IMG/VR virus record: IMGVR_UViG_3300027754_000041
Coordinates: 1 to 64,000 of that record
Direction: 5' to 3' (one strand)
From: a virus
Taxonomy: Duplodnaviria; Caudoviricetes
Length of the DNA stretch: 64,000 nt
The translations under genes were made by a program, and so were the position numbers. The notes under the pieces are model-generated. The model ran no database searches, was not told the origin of the DNA, and saw only the letters and a program-made list of their open reading frames with translations. Positions 32,700-43,252 of the stretch are shown piece by piece. Within the stretch, counting starts at the first letter, position 1. The number at the start of each line of letters is the position of its first letter.

Positions 32700-34199
32700 A
32701 TGGTTTCTATGAAAAATTTGATTACAATCGATGCAGATACGACTTCTTTATACTCTGTACAGTTTGAGAAGAACGCGGCATTCCATGATCTTTGTAGGAG
32801 TTTTACTTCTCTTAATCTTGAAGATAAAGAATTAGATATTCATGCATTGTTTGAAATGACTTATATCCATGAATCTGATATTTCTACTGATTCTTTTTAT
32901 TCTCTTAAAAATAAAAGATCTAAAGATACTTATAAAGATTTTGTTTACCCTATGGCAGTAAGATATATTTCTAAGGAAAACACATATGTTATTGAAAGAC
33001 CTCCATTTCAATTTGAGGTCGATTTTCGTTTAGGTACAGCTAGTTCTGGTAGCGCTAAAATGCATCCAGTAACTATGTGGGCACCTTGGACAGTTATGGT
33101 TTTTAATGCTAATAGTTTAGCTTTTGGTGATTTTTCTGGAGTAAAACTATATTTTAATGATGGTCCGATTAATTCTTTGGATGATATTCTTGTACCTTGT
33201 TTTTATCCTAATAGTTATAGTGATGCTAGAATTTGTTTTTCTGGTTCGCTTAATGACTTTAATGATGTTCTAGATATTTCATTATTTGACAATGGAAATA
33301 TTGGTTATATATATAATTATATATTCAACAATTATATGATGGGTGGTTGGAATACTGACCTTGATGCTCAAATGCTATCACTGTTAGATAATGTTAGCAT
33401 TTTAAGCTCAGAAGTAGAAGCCTGCAAAGAATATCCTACAATTAGCTTATTTAGGAATCCTATACAGGATACTAATTTTTATAAATCTATTTTTGCTAAA
33501 TACCCCAGATCTTTTACTGGTAAATATAAAAGATATTTTGAAAATACTTTTTCATTTTCAAGAACTAACCTAAGTAAAGAGAAAATGTTTGCTAGAAACT
33601 TTATAATTTATTCTATGTTTACTTTAGAAAAGAAACTTTCTTTAATCTCTGAAATGAAAAAAATAAGAGAGCTATATATACTTAAAGGATCTTCTCACGT
33701 ACATCTACCTCAAAAAAGTATTAATACTATTATTAATTCTTTTTCTGAAGAATCAAAATCTAAGTCAACTTCTAATTTTTCTATCAAATCACTTTATAGA
33801 AATAAAGATATAAATTTTGATTATAAATATAAATCTTCTAAATTTCATATTTACATAACAAATTTGTCTCCTGGATTTATTTCATCATACTCTCGACATC
33901 ATGTTTTAGATCAAATAATTTCTTTAGAAAATTTTCAAAAGATAAATAAAATTATTTTGGACAACATAAATAGTCAAGATTCTCAAATAGCTTTTATCTA
34001 TAATTTTAAAGATCATACTTTTGATGTTATTGTAAATTATAATGCAAAAAGTTTTATAACTCCTATTTACGAATCTTTAATAGAAAGATCTTCTGCTGAT
34101 CCAAAAATTGTCACTAGATACTTTAGTCACATTACACAGTATCCTCTTACAACATATTTGCAGGGTATATATAATTTTCAGGAACCCTCTTTAACTTAA
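32700..34199 (+). CDS. Second E2-like (family D-like) protein
   Basis: IERPP, APWTVMVF, FYPNSYSDARICF, WNTDL. Confidence 0.65.
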   Translation: MVSMKNLITIDADTTSLYSVQFEKNAAFHDLCRSFTSLNLEDKELDIHALFEMTYIHESDISTDSFYSLKNKRSKDTYKDFVYPMAVRYISKENTYVIERPPFQFEVDFRLGTASSGSAKMHPVTMWAPWTVMVFNANSLAFGDFSGVKLYFNDGPINSLDDILVPCFYPNSYSDARICFSGSLNDFNDVLDISLFDNGNIGYIYNYIFNNYMMGGWNTDLDAQMLSLLDNVSILSSEVEACKEYPTISLFRNPIQDTNFYKSIFAKYPRSFTGKYKRYFENTFSFSRTNLSKEKMFARNFIIYSMFTLEKKLSLISEMKKIRELYILKGSSHVHLPQKSINTIINSFSEESKSKSTSNFSIKSLYRNKDINFDYKYKSSKFHIYITNLSPGFISSYSRHHVLDQIISLENFQKINKIILDNINSQDSQIAFIYNFKDHTFDVIVNYNAKSFITPIYESLIERSSADPKIVTRYFSHITQYPLTTYLQGIYNFQEPSLT

Positions 34200-34208
34200 G
34201 GAGTAGAA

Positions 34209-35366
34209 ATGGCTCTTATTATACTAGAAGATCCAAGCCCACATTATAATGTTATTTCACATAAATCACCTGAAAATACTGTTGATAGTATGTGCTATGT
34301 TTCTTCCGATGATAGATATCATATGCACACTACAACAATTTCGGAATTAGCTAAGGTTTATACCGATAATTTTTTCTCTGAATTTAATACAGTAAAGACT
34401 AAAAAAATTCATTCCGGATTGCTTCAACCAGGTGTAAAAATGATTGGTGACAATTATTTAATTTTTGAACGTCCTCCAACTTTTAAGAATGTTTTTTATA
34501 TTGGCACAGATAAGGCCAATGTCCCTGACGAGTTTTTGGGTATCGAAGATGCACAGAATGTTTTTCGCATTCCTATACCTTGGCAATTATATTTTGTTAA
34601 ATTTAATAATGAAATGTATACATATGAAGTAAGAATGTATTTCATGAATAACAGCTTAGTTTCTCTTGACCAAGTATTGTCTTTGCCACCACTTCCAAAC
34701 TTTTTTACCAATGCCCTTCTTTGCTCTCCTTCAATGGATAATATGGATGATGTTGATAGATATTCTAAGGATGCATCGGGCGTTATGGCATGCGCTTATG
34801 ACTGGGTTTGGAATTCTGGCACTAATCATGATTTAACCGAATCCTGCTTAAGCGCCTCTAGCCAAATTGAACATTCTTCTGGCCTGTTTAAGAATAGGGA
34901 CAAATCTGAAGTAGATGCAAAATTTATTTCTAAAAATTTTAACTCTTATGCTGCTACAGTTTCTCAGGTTAATTATCTACTTTCTTGCTGGGAAGGATTT
35001 TCCCTTCATGACGTATGCAATATGACTTGGCCAAATATTTCTGGTGATTCTAAAAACTTTAATAGAATTAATCCTGCTGATCATCATAGCTATTATGATT
35101 ACCTTAATGAATATTTAATTGATTATTTAAACATAGAACAAGAAGATGTTGAAGATATTGTTGAGAATGAAGGATATGATTCTAATGATTATTTTATGTG
35201 GCTTACTCATAACAATAAAATAGATTTTTCTTCAATCAATAGATATCCCGAATACTGCTACCCTGAAGTAATGCCTGGTTTAATAGATGGAATATACAGA
35301 GAACTTAAAGCTCCTTTACACAATCTTTTGCGCGATGTTGCTGCTCATCAATCTTTAACACTTTAA
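34209..35366 (+). CDS. Third E2-like (family D-like) protein
   Basis: FERPP, IPWQLYFV, PPLPNFFTNALLC, WNSGTNHDL. Confidence 0.65.
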   Translation: MALIILEDPSPHYNVISHKSPENTVDSMCYVSSDDRYHMHTTTISELAKVYTDNFFSEFNTVKTKKIHSGLLQPGVKMIGDNYLIFERPPTFKNVFYIGTDKANVPDEFLGIEDAQNVFRIPIPWQLYFVKFNNEMYTYEVRMYFMNNSLVSLDQVLSLPPLPNFFTNALLCSPSMDNMDDVDRYSKDASGVMACAYDWVWNSGTNHDLTESCLSASSQIEHSSGLFKNRDKSEVDAKFISKNFNSYAATVSQVNYLLSCWEGFSLHDVCNMTWPNISGDSKNFNRINPADHHSYYDYLNEYLIDYLNIEQEDVEDIVENEGYDSNDYFMWLTHNNKIDFSSINRYPEYCYPEVMPGLIDGIYRELKAPLHNLLRDVAAHQSLTL

Positions 35367-35369
35367 AAC

Positions 35370-35398
35370 TTGACATCTTTTTTGTCTGGTGCTATTAT
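35370..35398 (+). promoter_or_regulatory. Near-consensus sigma70 promoter
   Basis: TTGACA-17 nt-TATTAT with extended -10 TG. Confidence 0.8.
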
Positions 35399-35434
35399 TA
35401 TCTTCTTATATAAACTTAAGTAAAGGTAGATAAA

Positions 35435-35728
35435 ATGTCTAAAAGTTCTGTGACTGAACCCATTTTCAATAGATCAGAGATTGCACAAATATTAAATGTT
35501 TCTACACTAACAATCTCTAATAGAGAAAAAAATACTAAGTATCCTGTTCCTAAAAGAGATCTAAACAATTATAGGGTGTATACTTTAAATGATGTATTTA
35601 ATCTTCAATTAATAACATATAACCATATTGATCCTAAACCAATCATTTCTATTATGTATGATAAAGGTTTTGAAGATGTACGTCAACTAGGAAAAATGAT
35701 TGACGCTGCGTTATCTAGGAGAACTTAA
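35435..35728 (+). CDS. MerR-type HTH DNA-binding protein
   Basis: EIAQILNVSTLTI..RE...P..RDLNNYRVY. Confidence 0.8.
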   Translation: MSKSSVTEPIFNRSEIAQILNVSTLTISNREKNTKYPVPKRDLNNYRVYTLNDVFNLQLITYNHIDPKPIISIMYDKGFEDVRQLGKMIDAALSRRT

Positions 35729-35729
35729 A

Positions 35730-35975
35730 ATGGAAAATCTTAATGAAGACACAAAAATCGACAGCCTCGTCGCGCAAGTAAACGAGCAGGTATCCACTGA
35801 TACTGTACTTGATTTAAAATCTGGAATATATAACTTATTTATTTCCCTTTTTAATGACTACACCATAGAATATGGCCCCATGGAAGCGGTAAGATTATCT
35901 ACTGAATTTTTAGATGAAATATCTTTAAACTTTAAATCAATTCTCAATAACAATACAGAAAGTAAGGACAAATAA
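35730..35975 (+). CDS. Hypothetical protein
   Basis: AGGAG RBS before ATG 35730. Confidence 0.65.
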   Translation: MENLNEDTKIDSLVAQVNEQVSTDTVLDLKSGIYNLFISLFNDYTIEYGPMEAVRLSTEFLDEISLNFKSILNNNTESKDK

Positions 35976-35976
35976 T

Positions 35977-36411
35977 ATGATAGATCCACGCAACTTAATA
36001 AATCTTACCGGCGGAGTTGTAACCGACGTTGAGTTAATAAATGATAAAATTGCAAAGTTTAGACTTGCAGTAGATTATGCTGGTTCTGAAAAAGGTTCAG
36101 ATAATACTTCTGGATATTTTGATATTGTTTATTATCTTAAGGACAACACTGGATTCTCCAGCAAGAATGCTACCTTCATTCATGGTCAGATTAAAGCTGA
36201 TAAGATTAAAAAAGGTGGCAAACTTCAAATAGTTGGTCGCCTTATTCAAGAAAGATGGAAGCAGGACGATCAGAATAAGAATCGTGTTGTAATTGTAGCT
36301 GAGCATATCTCGTATGCCTTGTCTGCTGGCACAGCTGGTGCAAAAACTGCAACTGCTGGAGCTACAACATCTGATGCGTCAAGCCAAAACTCTGTTCCAG
36401 ATAGCTTTTAA
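35977..36411 (+). CDS. ssb: Single-stranded DNA-binding protein
   Basis: N.I.LTG, FRLAV, KKG..LQIVGRL..ERW OB-fold; flexible tail ending PDSF. Confidence 0.9.
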   Translation: MIDPRNLINLTGGVVTDVELINDKIAKFRLAVDYAGSEKGSDNTSGYFDIVYYLKDNTGFSSKNATFIHGQIKADKIKKGGKLQIVGRLIQERWKQDDQNKNRVVIVAEHISYALSAGTAGAKTATAGATTSDASSQNSVPDSF

Positions 36412-37160
36412 TGGAAGAGTTTAGCGAAGAATCGCTGAACTCTCTCATACAAGAAGCTCTCAACGACAAAGGCGATAGTCTATTAAGACCGTCTTCTGGG
36501 ATGTATCTATCTTTTACTGAAACTAGTTTACTTCAAACTGTATATGATTATCTTGGTAAACATTTACCTGAATCTGAAGTTAATACCATTTTTCAGGATT
36601 TTCGTTCTGAGCTTACTTCGAGAAAAGTTGGCATTACAGTAAAAGAATTACATACTGTTACACGTAACTGCAAAAAGTGTGATATCCCAGCACAAGCAGA
36701 ATTGCCCAAATGGAATGTTTCCAATCCAGATGTAGTTATAGTTGCTGATTCTCCCTCTATAGAATCTGAAGCCATAACTTTAATGGTAGAATCTATAAAA
36801 CTTGCCGGATTTAAATCTTCTGATTTATGTTTAACTTATGTAAATCGTTGCCCTAAATTTGGCAAGTACGATAATAAACAGATTATTAATTGTTCTCCTT
36901 ATTTACATACTGAATTGCAAGTATTGAACCCTAAACTTATAATTACAATGGGCGGTTTACCATCTTCTGTTTTATTTGGAACAGAAATAAAAATTAAAGA
37001 ATATAGGGGTAATATATCTTGGCTTGGCTATTGGCCTATTCTACCAACGTATTCACCTGGATACGTTTTAAAATCTGGAGCAACTGCCATAGAACAATTC
37101 CGCTCTGATATAGTTCAAGCTTATCAATTTATACACCCCGCTAAGAAAGAGGTTATCTGA
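36411..37160 (+). CDS. Uracil-DNA glycosylase family 4-like protein
   Basis: CKKC, IVADSP, VNRCP, CSPYL..EL..LNPKLII.MG, PTYSP (His replaced by Ser). Confidence 0.8.
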   Translation: MEEFSEESLNSLIQEALNDKGDSLLRPSSGMYLSFTETSLLQTVYDYLGKHLPESEVNTIFQDFRSELTSRKVGITVKELHTVTRNCKKCDIPAQAELPKWNVSNPDVVIVADSPSIESEAITLMVESIKLAGFKSSDLCLTYVNRCPKFGKYDNKQIINCSPYLHTELQVLNPKLIITMGGLPSSVLFGTEIKIKEYRGNISWLGYWPILPTYSPGYVLKSGATAIEQFRSDIVQAYQFIHPAKKEVI

Positions 37161-38020
37161 TGAAGGAAACAATATTTTCTCAATCTCTTATCGCTGATTT
37201 AAGTTCCCAAGAGTTAACTCAATTTGAAGATTATGTAACTAAAGATGTTAAAAATTCTACATCCCCAGAAGAAGTTAACATTCTTAAGTCTAATCTAGAA
37301 CTATGGTTATACTGCCTTTCTTCTATCAGAAGAAGTGTTGAGTATCATCTAGCTTCTAGAAGTGCTACTAAAAAATCTAAATTACTAGACATGGTTAACA
37401 ATGGAACCGATAAAGAGTCTATGAATTCTTTTAGAACTTCTGAGTCTGAATGGCGTGTTAATGCTATAAAGTTTCTTTCTACGATAGAGAAAAAAACATT
37501 GTATGTTAAGATGCTTACTCGTGAACAAAAACAACTTTCTAACATTCAATATTAGGTTACTCTAATGCAGCCTGTAATACACTGTCCTGAATTGTTGCAT
37601 GCTATAGATTCTACTTTAATTGAGTCTGAGTCTTTTAAATTAGTAGAAAATTTTTCTAGTATATTTCCACTTTATTATCATTATTCATCTAATGAATATG
37701 GTTTAAAAAAAGTTTTAGATCTTTCTACAACATTTTCACTTTTACATGCTAGGGTGCAGATTTCCATTAACAAAGGTTTTAATCAGACAATAAATTCTAG
37801 TATTCCACTAGATGTATTAAGATATAAAATGCTTTCTGATGGATCATGTTACAATCTAAGTAGGATACCTTCTGTGTATAAGCCTGGTTATATTGTTGAA
37901 GGAGTTCTCTGGACAAATGGTTTTTATTATTTGACTAGACAAGAAGGATCTAAAGATATATTAGATATACATTTTTATGTCGACCAATACACAAGGGATT
38001 TGCACAACTATGAGTCTTAA
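37160..38020 (+). CDS. Two hypothetical proteins (37160-37555, 37565-38020)
   Basis: Coupled ORFs. Confidence 0.7.
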
Positions 38021-38285
38021 AACTTATTTTTACCGTGATAGTTCTTTTATCATAAACGCTAGTTGGGATGAAGATTCCGAATGCTTATATATACAATTTA
38101 ATTCTGGCACAACATGGATATATTATGAAGTAGCTCAAGATGTATATAATAGATTAATTAAGTCTATTTCTGTTGGTGAGTATTTTAATAAAAATATCCG
38201 CAACAAATATGTTTCTGAAAGAATAAATTATCCTATTAAAGGAATTCATACTGATGTCGAAGAAAAGAAACAAGAACAAGTTTAG
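38010..38285 (+). CDS. KTSC-domain protein
   Basis: SSFI...L.IQF.SG..Y.EV...Y..L....SVGEYFNKNIR. Confidence 0.85.
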   Translation: MSLKTYFYRDSSFIINASWDEDSECLYIQFNSGTTWIYYEVAQDVYNRLIKSISVGEYFNKNIRNKYVSERINYPIKGIHTDVEEKKQEQV

Positions 38286-38420
38286 GAATAATAACCATAA
38301 ATCTTATCCGCAAAAATCATTGCCTACTGCTTCCCCCAAGGATATAAACCATATAGCCATTGAAGTTTTTGGATCTTTTTATTATGAGCAACAAGACAGT
38401 AAAGATGATATACTGTTAGC

Positions 38421-39032
38421 ATGACTACCATAATCGGCATACAAACCGATACTTTTGCTATGATCTGTGTGGATTCTCGCATATCTTCAATGGATTCATC
38501 CGGTTTTGCCTCTCATGTGTCAACCCTAAAAGAGGGATCTGGCAAGGTTGCTATAAATGGTAAATACCTACTCGGTGCTGCTGGAGATGTTAGAGCTATT
38601 AATATTCTCCACCATGTTTTTCAACCACCAGTTCCCGCAGTTAATCTTAAGGGTAAGAAGTTAGACCAATTTTTTACTGCTAAGTTTATACCAGCTCTTA
38701 GAGAATGTTTTGAACATGAAGGATATGCTATACCGGATAAAGAAGATAAAGAACATATGGCAGAACAGGCTTCTGAGATTCTAGTTGTTATACATGGATC
38801 GATATATGTTGTAGATGGCGATTACTCTTGGGCTTCAGATGCTTCGGGCCTGTATGCTCTTGGCAGCGGGTCATCTTATGCTTTAGGTGCCCTTCAAGCT
38901 TTAACTACTACTAAGAAATTAACTGTTCCTCAAGCTAAAAAAAATGCTTTAAAGTCTTTGACTATAGCTGCTAAATTTGATCCATATACAGGTTTTCCAT
39001 TTCACTGTTATGTGCAGGAACAGGTCAAATAG
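38421..39032 (+). CDS. Proteasome beta-subunit/HslV-like Ntn protease
   Basis: N-terminal M-TT nucleophile, DSR, K, GAAGD, ALGSGSSYA, D.YTG. Confidence 0.85.
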   Translation: MTTIIGIQTDTFAMICVDSRISSMDSSGFASHVSTLKEGSGKVAINGKYLLGAAGDVRAINILHHVFQPPVPAVNLKGKKLDQFFTAKFIPALRECFEHEGYAIPDKEDKEHMAEQASEILVVIHGSIYVVDGDYSWASDASGLYALGSGSSYALGALQALTTTKKLTVPQAKKNALKSLTIAAKFDPYTGFPFHCYVQEQVK

Positions 39033-39108
39033 TTACTTTTTGCTTTTTGCTTCTTACCTATATATAATATCCAAAGCATACTATTTGGCAATTACTTAAG
39101 GATTAATA

Positions 39109-40670
39109 ATGTCTAAAGAAACTTTAACTTGCGAAACATGTGCTTGTTCTTGGCAGCGTGAACAGGCTCGAGGACGTAAACCTCGCCTTTGCCCTAACTG
39201 CCTGGCAGCCCCTGAGACAGCTCCTAAGGCCTCTAGAATCGTTATAGAAGATCCTTCCCTAAGAAGACCAACCCTTAAAGCAATTGACACCACTGTGAGG
39301 CAATCAAAATACACTGGCAAGAACAGTTGGCATTGCCCCTTATGCAAAGAGAAGCTTAAAACTTTTGTTGGTTTAATAGAAGCACCTACTCATCAATGTA
39401 GGCTTCAAAGAAATACTTGTATTCCACTTTTATTGGTTCGGGAACAAGAAGTATAATATATAATACTTACAATATCCTGCTATACTTCCATAACTCCTTC
39501 CATTACATAAAGGATTCAATATGAGCATGATTACTGAGTTTATAAATGATATTTTTAGCAAAGAAAATTTTAAGAAAATACTTTCCAAAGTTAAAGATCT
39601 TAGATTTTTTCTTACTTTAATTCAGGAAGTATTATATTTATTGTTTAATTTAATATATGGCAACAAGCCTTTATTGACCATGTAATTATGGAACAGAACA
39701 AAGAGGAAATCGTGAAACTTAAAGAAACCCTTTCAGAACTTCAAGTAAAGTACGAGGGAATGAAAATGCAAAAGTCAGCAGAAACTTTCTTAAGAAGTAA
39801 AGATTCTTATCTGATGGAGGACATGATGCAACTTATAGATCAGTTTGCTACAGGCAACGTAGACCTTAAGTTTTACCAAAGAACCCGTGATGCATACCAG
39901 CGATCAATTAAAGACAGATAGAATGGACTTTGACGAATGGATCAAGATTGGCCTTGAAAGCAATTGGTGTGGACCAGCAGTCTGCTATACACATGATGGA
40001 CTTCCAGCCTCTTTGAGTGAAGAAGAAGAAATGTACGAAGGCGACCCATGCCTGCATATCGTTAGACTATACCAAGACAAAGAACACAAAGAATCAATAG
40101 AAGATAACCATTCCCCCTCGCAATGGAGAAAACCGCTTTAAATTAAAAAAAAATATGTTAACTCAAAAATTATTACAGTTTTTTTAACTTAGTGCCTTAA
40201 ATCGCAACAATACATGATATACTGTTGATACGAAGTCAGATGCTCTCCATGGGTGGAGTCAATAAATGTTGGTTCCACCCATAGGGTTAAGGTGTGTTAT
40301 GGGAATGTTTGATTATGTAGACATAGAATATGATCTACCAATGCCGGAAAATGCGACCGAAGAACAAATACCGTTCATCAAACAAGGTATAAAAGCAAAT
40401 CATTTTCAAACTAAAGACTTAGAATGTATACTGTTCCATTACCTAATAGATGAACATGGTGAAGTATTTGTTAAAGATCATTTATCCTTGGATAAAACAG
40501 GATACAAAAAAGAATATATTCATCAACATGTTTTTTGCTATATTGACATAGAAATGCCATTAGAAGAAAAGTATTGGTGGTTAGAGTATGATATTCGTTT
40601 TACTGACGGTATAATAGATAAAGTCAGTATATCCGATTGGGCTATGCTGGATAGACCATACGGACACTAA
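39109..40670 (+). CDS. Hypothetical ORFs (Zn-ribbon 39109-39456, 39688-39921, 39923-40141, 40299-40670)
   Basis: Co-oriented ORFs; CxxC pairs in the first. Confidence 0.65.
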
Positions 40671-40677
40671 AAGTTTT

Positions 40678-40753
40678 GCGGTTGTAGCTTAATGACAAAG
40701 CGAGTATGTTTCCGACCTACGAAATGAGGGTTTGATTCCCTCCAACCGCTCCA
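40678..40753 (+). tRNA. Atypical tRNA-Gly (TCC, anticodon loop TTTCCGA, enlarged anticodon arm)
   Basis: GCGGTTG/CAACCGC acceptor with U73 and encoded CCA (Gly identity); D-loop lacks GG; T-loop TTTGATT; 76 nt. Confidence 0.75.
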
Positions 40754-40769
40754 TGTAAAGAAGGAAAAT

Positions 40770-41120
40770 ATGAGACAAGTATTAATATCATTAAAAGAAG
40801 AAAAATTAAACAAAATTGATTACAAAAAAAAGTATCAGAGAACCTGGCTGCAGCTACGCAGAAACGAGTGGCTGAAGAAAAATGGTCCATGTAAAGTTTG
40901 TGGCACTTGGGAAAATCTAGAAATAGACCACATAGACCCAAGTAAAAACAAAATTAGAATAGCAACAATTTGGAGCCGCAGAAAAGAAGTAAGACAAAAA
41001 GAATTAGCCAAATGCCAAGTCTTATGTAAAGCCCATCACCAAGATAAGAGCTCAGAGGAATCTAGAGTTCGTAACAAAAAAAATAGCAAAAAGAAAGCTA
41101 AAGCTAAAGCTGCTTCTTAG
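40770..41120 (+). CDS. HNH endonuclease
   Basis: CKVCG...LEIDHIDP...CQVLCKAHH. Confidence 0.85.
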   Translation: MRQVLISLKEEKLNKIDYKKKYQRTWLQLRRNEWLKKNGPCKVCGTWENLEIDHIDPSKNKIRIATIWSRRKEVRQKELAKCQVLCKAHHQDKSSEESRVRNKKNSKKKAKAKAAS

Positions 41121-42133
41121 AATTCTTTCTATTTCTTGCTCCTAGTCCCAGCACTAACGCACCAGCACCCGCAGCAACTGCTGCATAACCAAGCCTATTA
41201 CTTTGGACAACTTCTATTGCATTAAGTGTATCTTCAGCTAATCTAGCTTTTGTTGAAATAGAAGTAGAAGTAGATTTTACTGCGCGTACTACATCTTCGC
41301 TTACTTCTGTAGCATTAACTACAGGGTCAGAATGTATTGCCGCTGTTAGTTGGTTCTTTAATTCTTGCGATCTAGCTGTTAAACCTTCTGGTGTTACATC
41401 TTGCGGTGAAGGAAATTGATGAGTTCCACTTCCATATTCGAACGGAATTCCAGCAGGTTCTGGTGGATAAGGATTTATTGGGACAATTTTGCCAGTATCG
41501 TCTCTCATGTATCCGAACGGTCCCTTTTTGGGTTCAACTCTTTTACTAATTGTATCTACTCTTTTACCAACCGGCCTTCTTCTACTTGCATATTTATTTA
41601 GTTCTTCGTTTCTTGCTTCGATTACATTAGATCTTAATCTAGATAAAGATGATTCGACTCCATTTGCACTTATACCAGATGGTGAATACCCATAATTGCG
41701 TAAAGTTAAATCGTCTACATACCCCTGGTACATGGCAAATCTTTCATCACTCATAGACGCAAGCTTTGCGGATAAAGAATTAGTGGACGTGATTCCACTA
41801 TGAGCAATGTTTATCGTTTCTTCACTAAAATTTACAGGATTTCCGCACCCTTATAGAGTCAGTAAGTTTTTGTAAATCTAAAAATTCATCAATTGTTTGC
41901 GTTTCAGGAAAAGCTGCTTTTGCACTTTTACCTTGCCTCCTAGTTACTCTAGGTCTAGGCTGATTAGCTTGAGCTTTAGCGGCCCTTTGCGCTTCAATTC
42001 TAGCCCTAATTGGTAGGTCGTTTTTGTCGGCTTTGTTTGCAACGGCTGCTGCGTTTTTTTCCCTGGCTTGTTCTTGCTTTCTGATTTTTTTTTGGTTCGC
42101 CTCTGCCATACCGGCGCCTAATGCTTTAGCCAT
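41104..42133 (-). CDS. Hypothetical protein, ~342 aa, split by a +1 shift at CGGA (41842-41845)
   Basis: MAKALGAG frame joins the 41104-41754 frame if one base at CGGA is skipped; hydrophobic C-terminal anchor. Confidence 0.6.
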
Positions 42134-42191
42134 GAGAATCCTTACAGGGTTACTACTATACGTTAATAGTAACACATCCAGGAGGTGTATC

Positions 42192-42407
42192 GTGGCCGGC
42201 AAAAAACCAGCAAAAGTTAATTCAAGTAATAAAGTTAAACAAGACGATAGACCAGGTAAAGCTACACTATATATAGCAACTGGAAGAGATACGTTTAATA
42301 ACTGCCCTACATGTAACAAAAAAACGGGCAAGGGTATTGTTTATGAAGACCAAAATATTCTTTACTGTAGCCGCGGATGCATAGCTAAGGCTAGTGTGGT
42401 ACTATAG
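42192..42407 (+). CDS. Small basic Zn-finger protein
   Basis: AGGAGG RBS before GTG 42192; CPTC and YCSRGC. Confidence 0.7.
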   Translation: MAGKKPAKVNSSNKVKQDDRPGKATLYIATGRDTFNNCPTCNKKTGKGIVYEDQNILYCSRGCIAKASVVL

Positions 42408-42795
42408 CATTATGCGAAATTACTGGCTTTCAGATATTGACTATCAAAAGAATCTAAACAAGGCTATTCAAGAAGCCGTTAAAAAATCTGTTCCCGAAGA
42501 TGGTGAGGATGACGCTGCCGAACCACCTTATTATCATCCAGCCGAAAAAGAATTTATATCAGCGATGGACCGCATTGCTCGTAAATACGGAAAATTGGAA
42601 GACTACGATAATAAAGGGATATGGGTTGGTTACAAATCTGAAGCCGAAAACGAGAATTACTCAATAGGTATCAAATGCGAAAATTGCGCTCATTACGAAT
42701 CCGAGAAAGTATGCATGATAGTGAAAAAAGCAATTGAACCAGGAGGCTACTGTCGCTTTGCTGCTATCCCTTCAGAAAAAGTAAATGTTGAATGA
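42394..42795 (+). CDS. Protein with HiPIP-like four-Cys C-terminal domain
   Basis: CENCAHY...C..V...IEPGGYC. Confidence 0.6.
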   Translation: MWYYSIMRNYWLSDIDYQKNLNKAIQEAVKKSVPEDGEDDAAEPPYYHPAEKEFISAMDRIARKYGKLEDYDNKGIWVGYKSEAENENYSIGIKCENCAHYESEKVCMIVKKAIEPGGYCRFAAIPSEKVNVE

Positions 42796-43037
42796 GAGTT
42801 TGGATTGACCAAGACCTATGCACTGGAGATGGACTATGCGCAGAAATAGCACCCGATGTATTTACGATGATGCCCGATGGTTTAGCTTATGTACGAGAAG
42901 GCGAAAAGATATTTGCCTCATCTGTGGGAAACCCAGAAGGCGCAGCTGGTTTAGCATCCTTTTCGGACGATAGGCTTGATGATGTAATTGAGTCCGCCGA
43001 GGAATGCCCTGGTGAGTGCATTTTTATAGAACCATAA
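42792..43037 (+). CDS. Actinobacterial-type single-cluster ferredoxin
   Basis: IDQDLCTGDGLC...APDVF...AEECPGECI. Confidence 0.92.
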   Translation: MRVWIDQDLCTGDGLCAEIAPDVFTMMPDGLAYVREGEKIFASSVGNPEGAAGLASFSDDRLDDVIESAEECPGECIFIEP

Positions 43038-43252
43038 GGAATATGGTATGAATGAAGAAAATTTTTACGACCCTGAAAAACCAGAAGAATATGTTTATGA
43101 CCCTGAACTGCTTGATTATAATCAATTCTTTAAAAACTTATGGGAAAAAGAAAATGAGTTTTTAAAATCTGTTGGCGTTGAACCTAGCCCCAATTAATAT
43201 TAGCCTTTAAGACTAAACCTATTACTATAGGTAATATTATATTGGAGGAATT

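Noticed and set aside
41825-42407. Track starts at 42331 (-) and 42024 (+)
   Set aside because: They would overlap divergently; RBS and motif positions favour ATG 42133 (-) and GTG 42192 (+).
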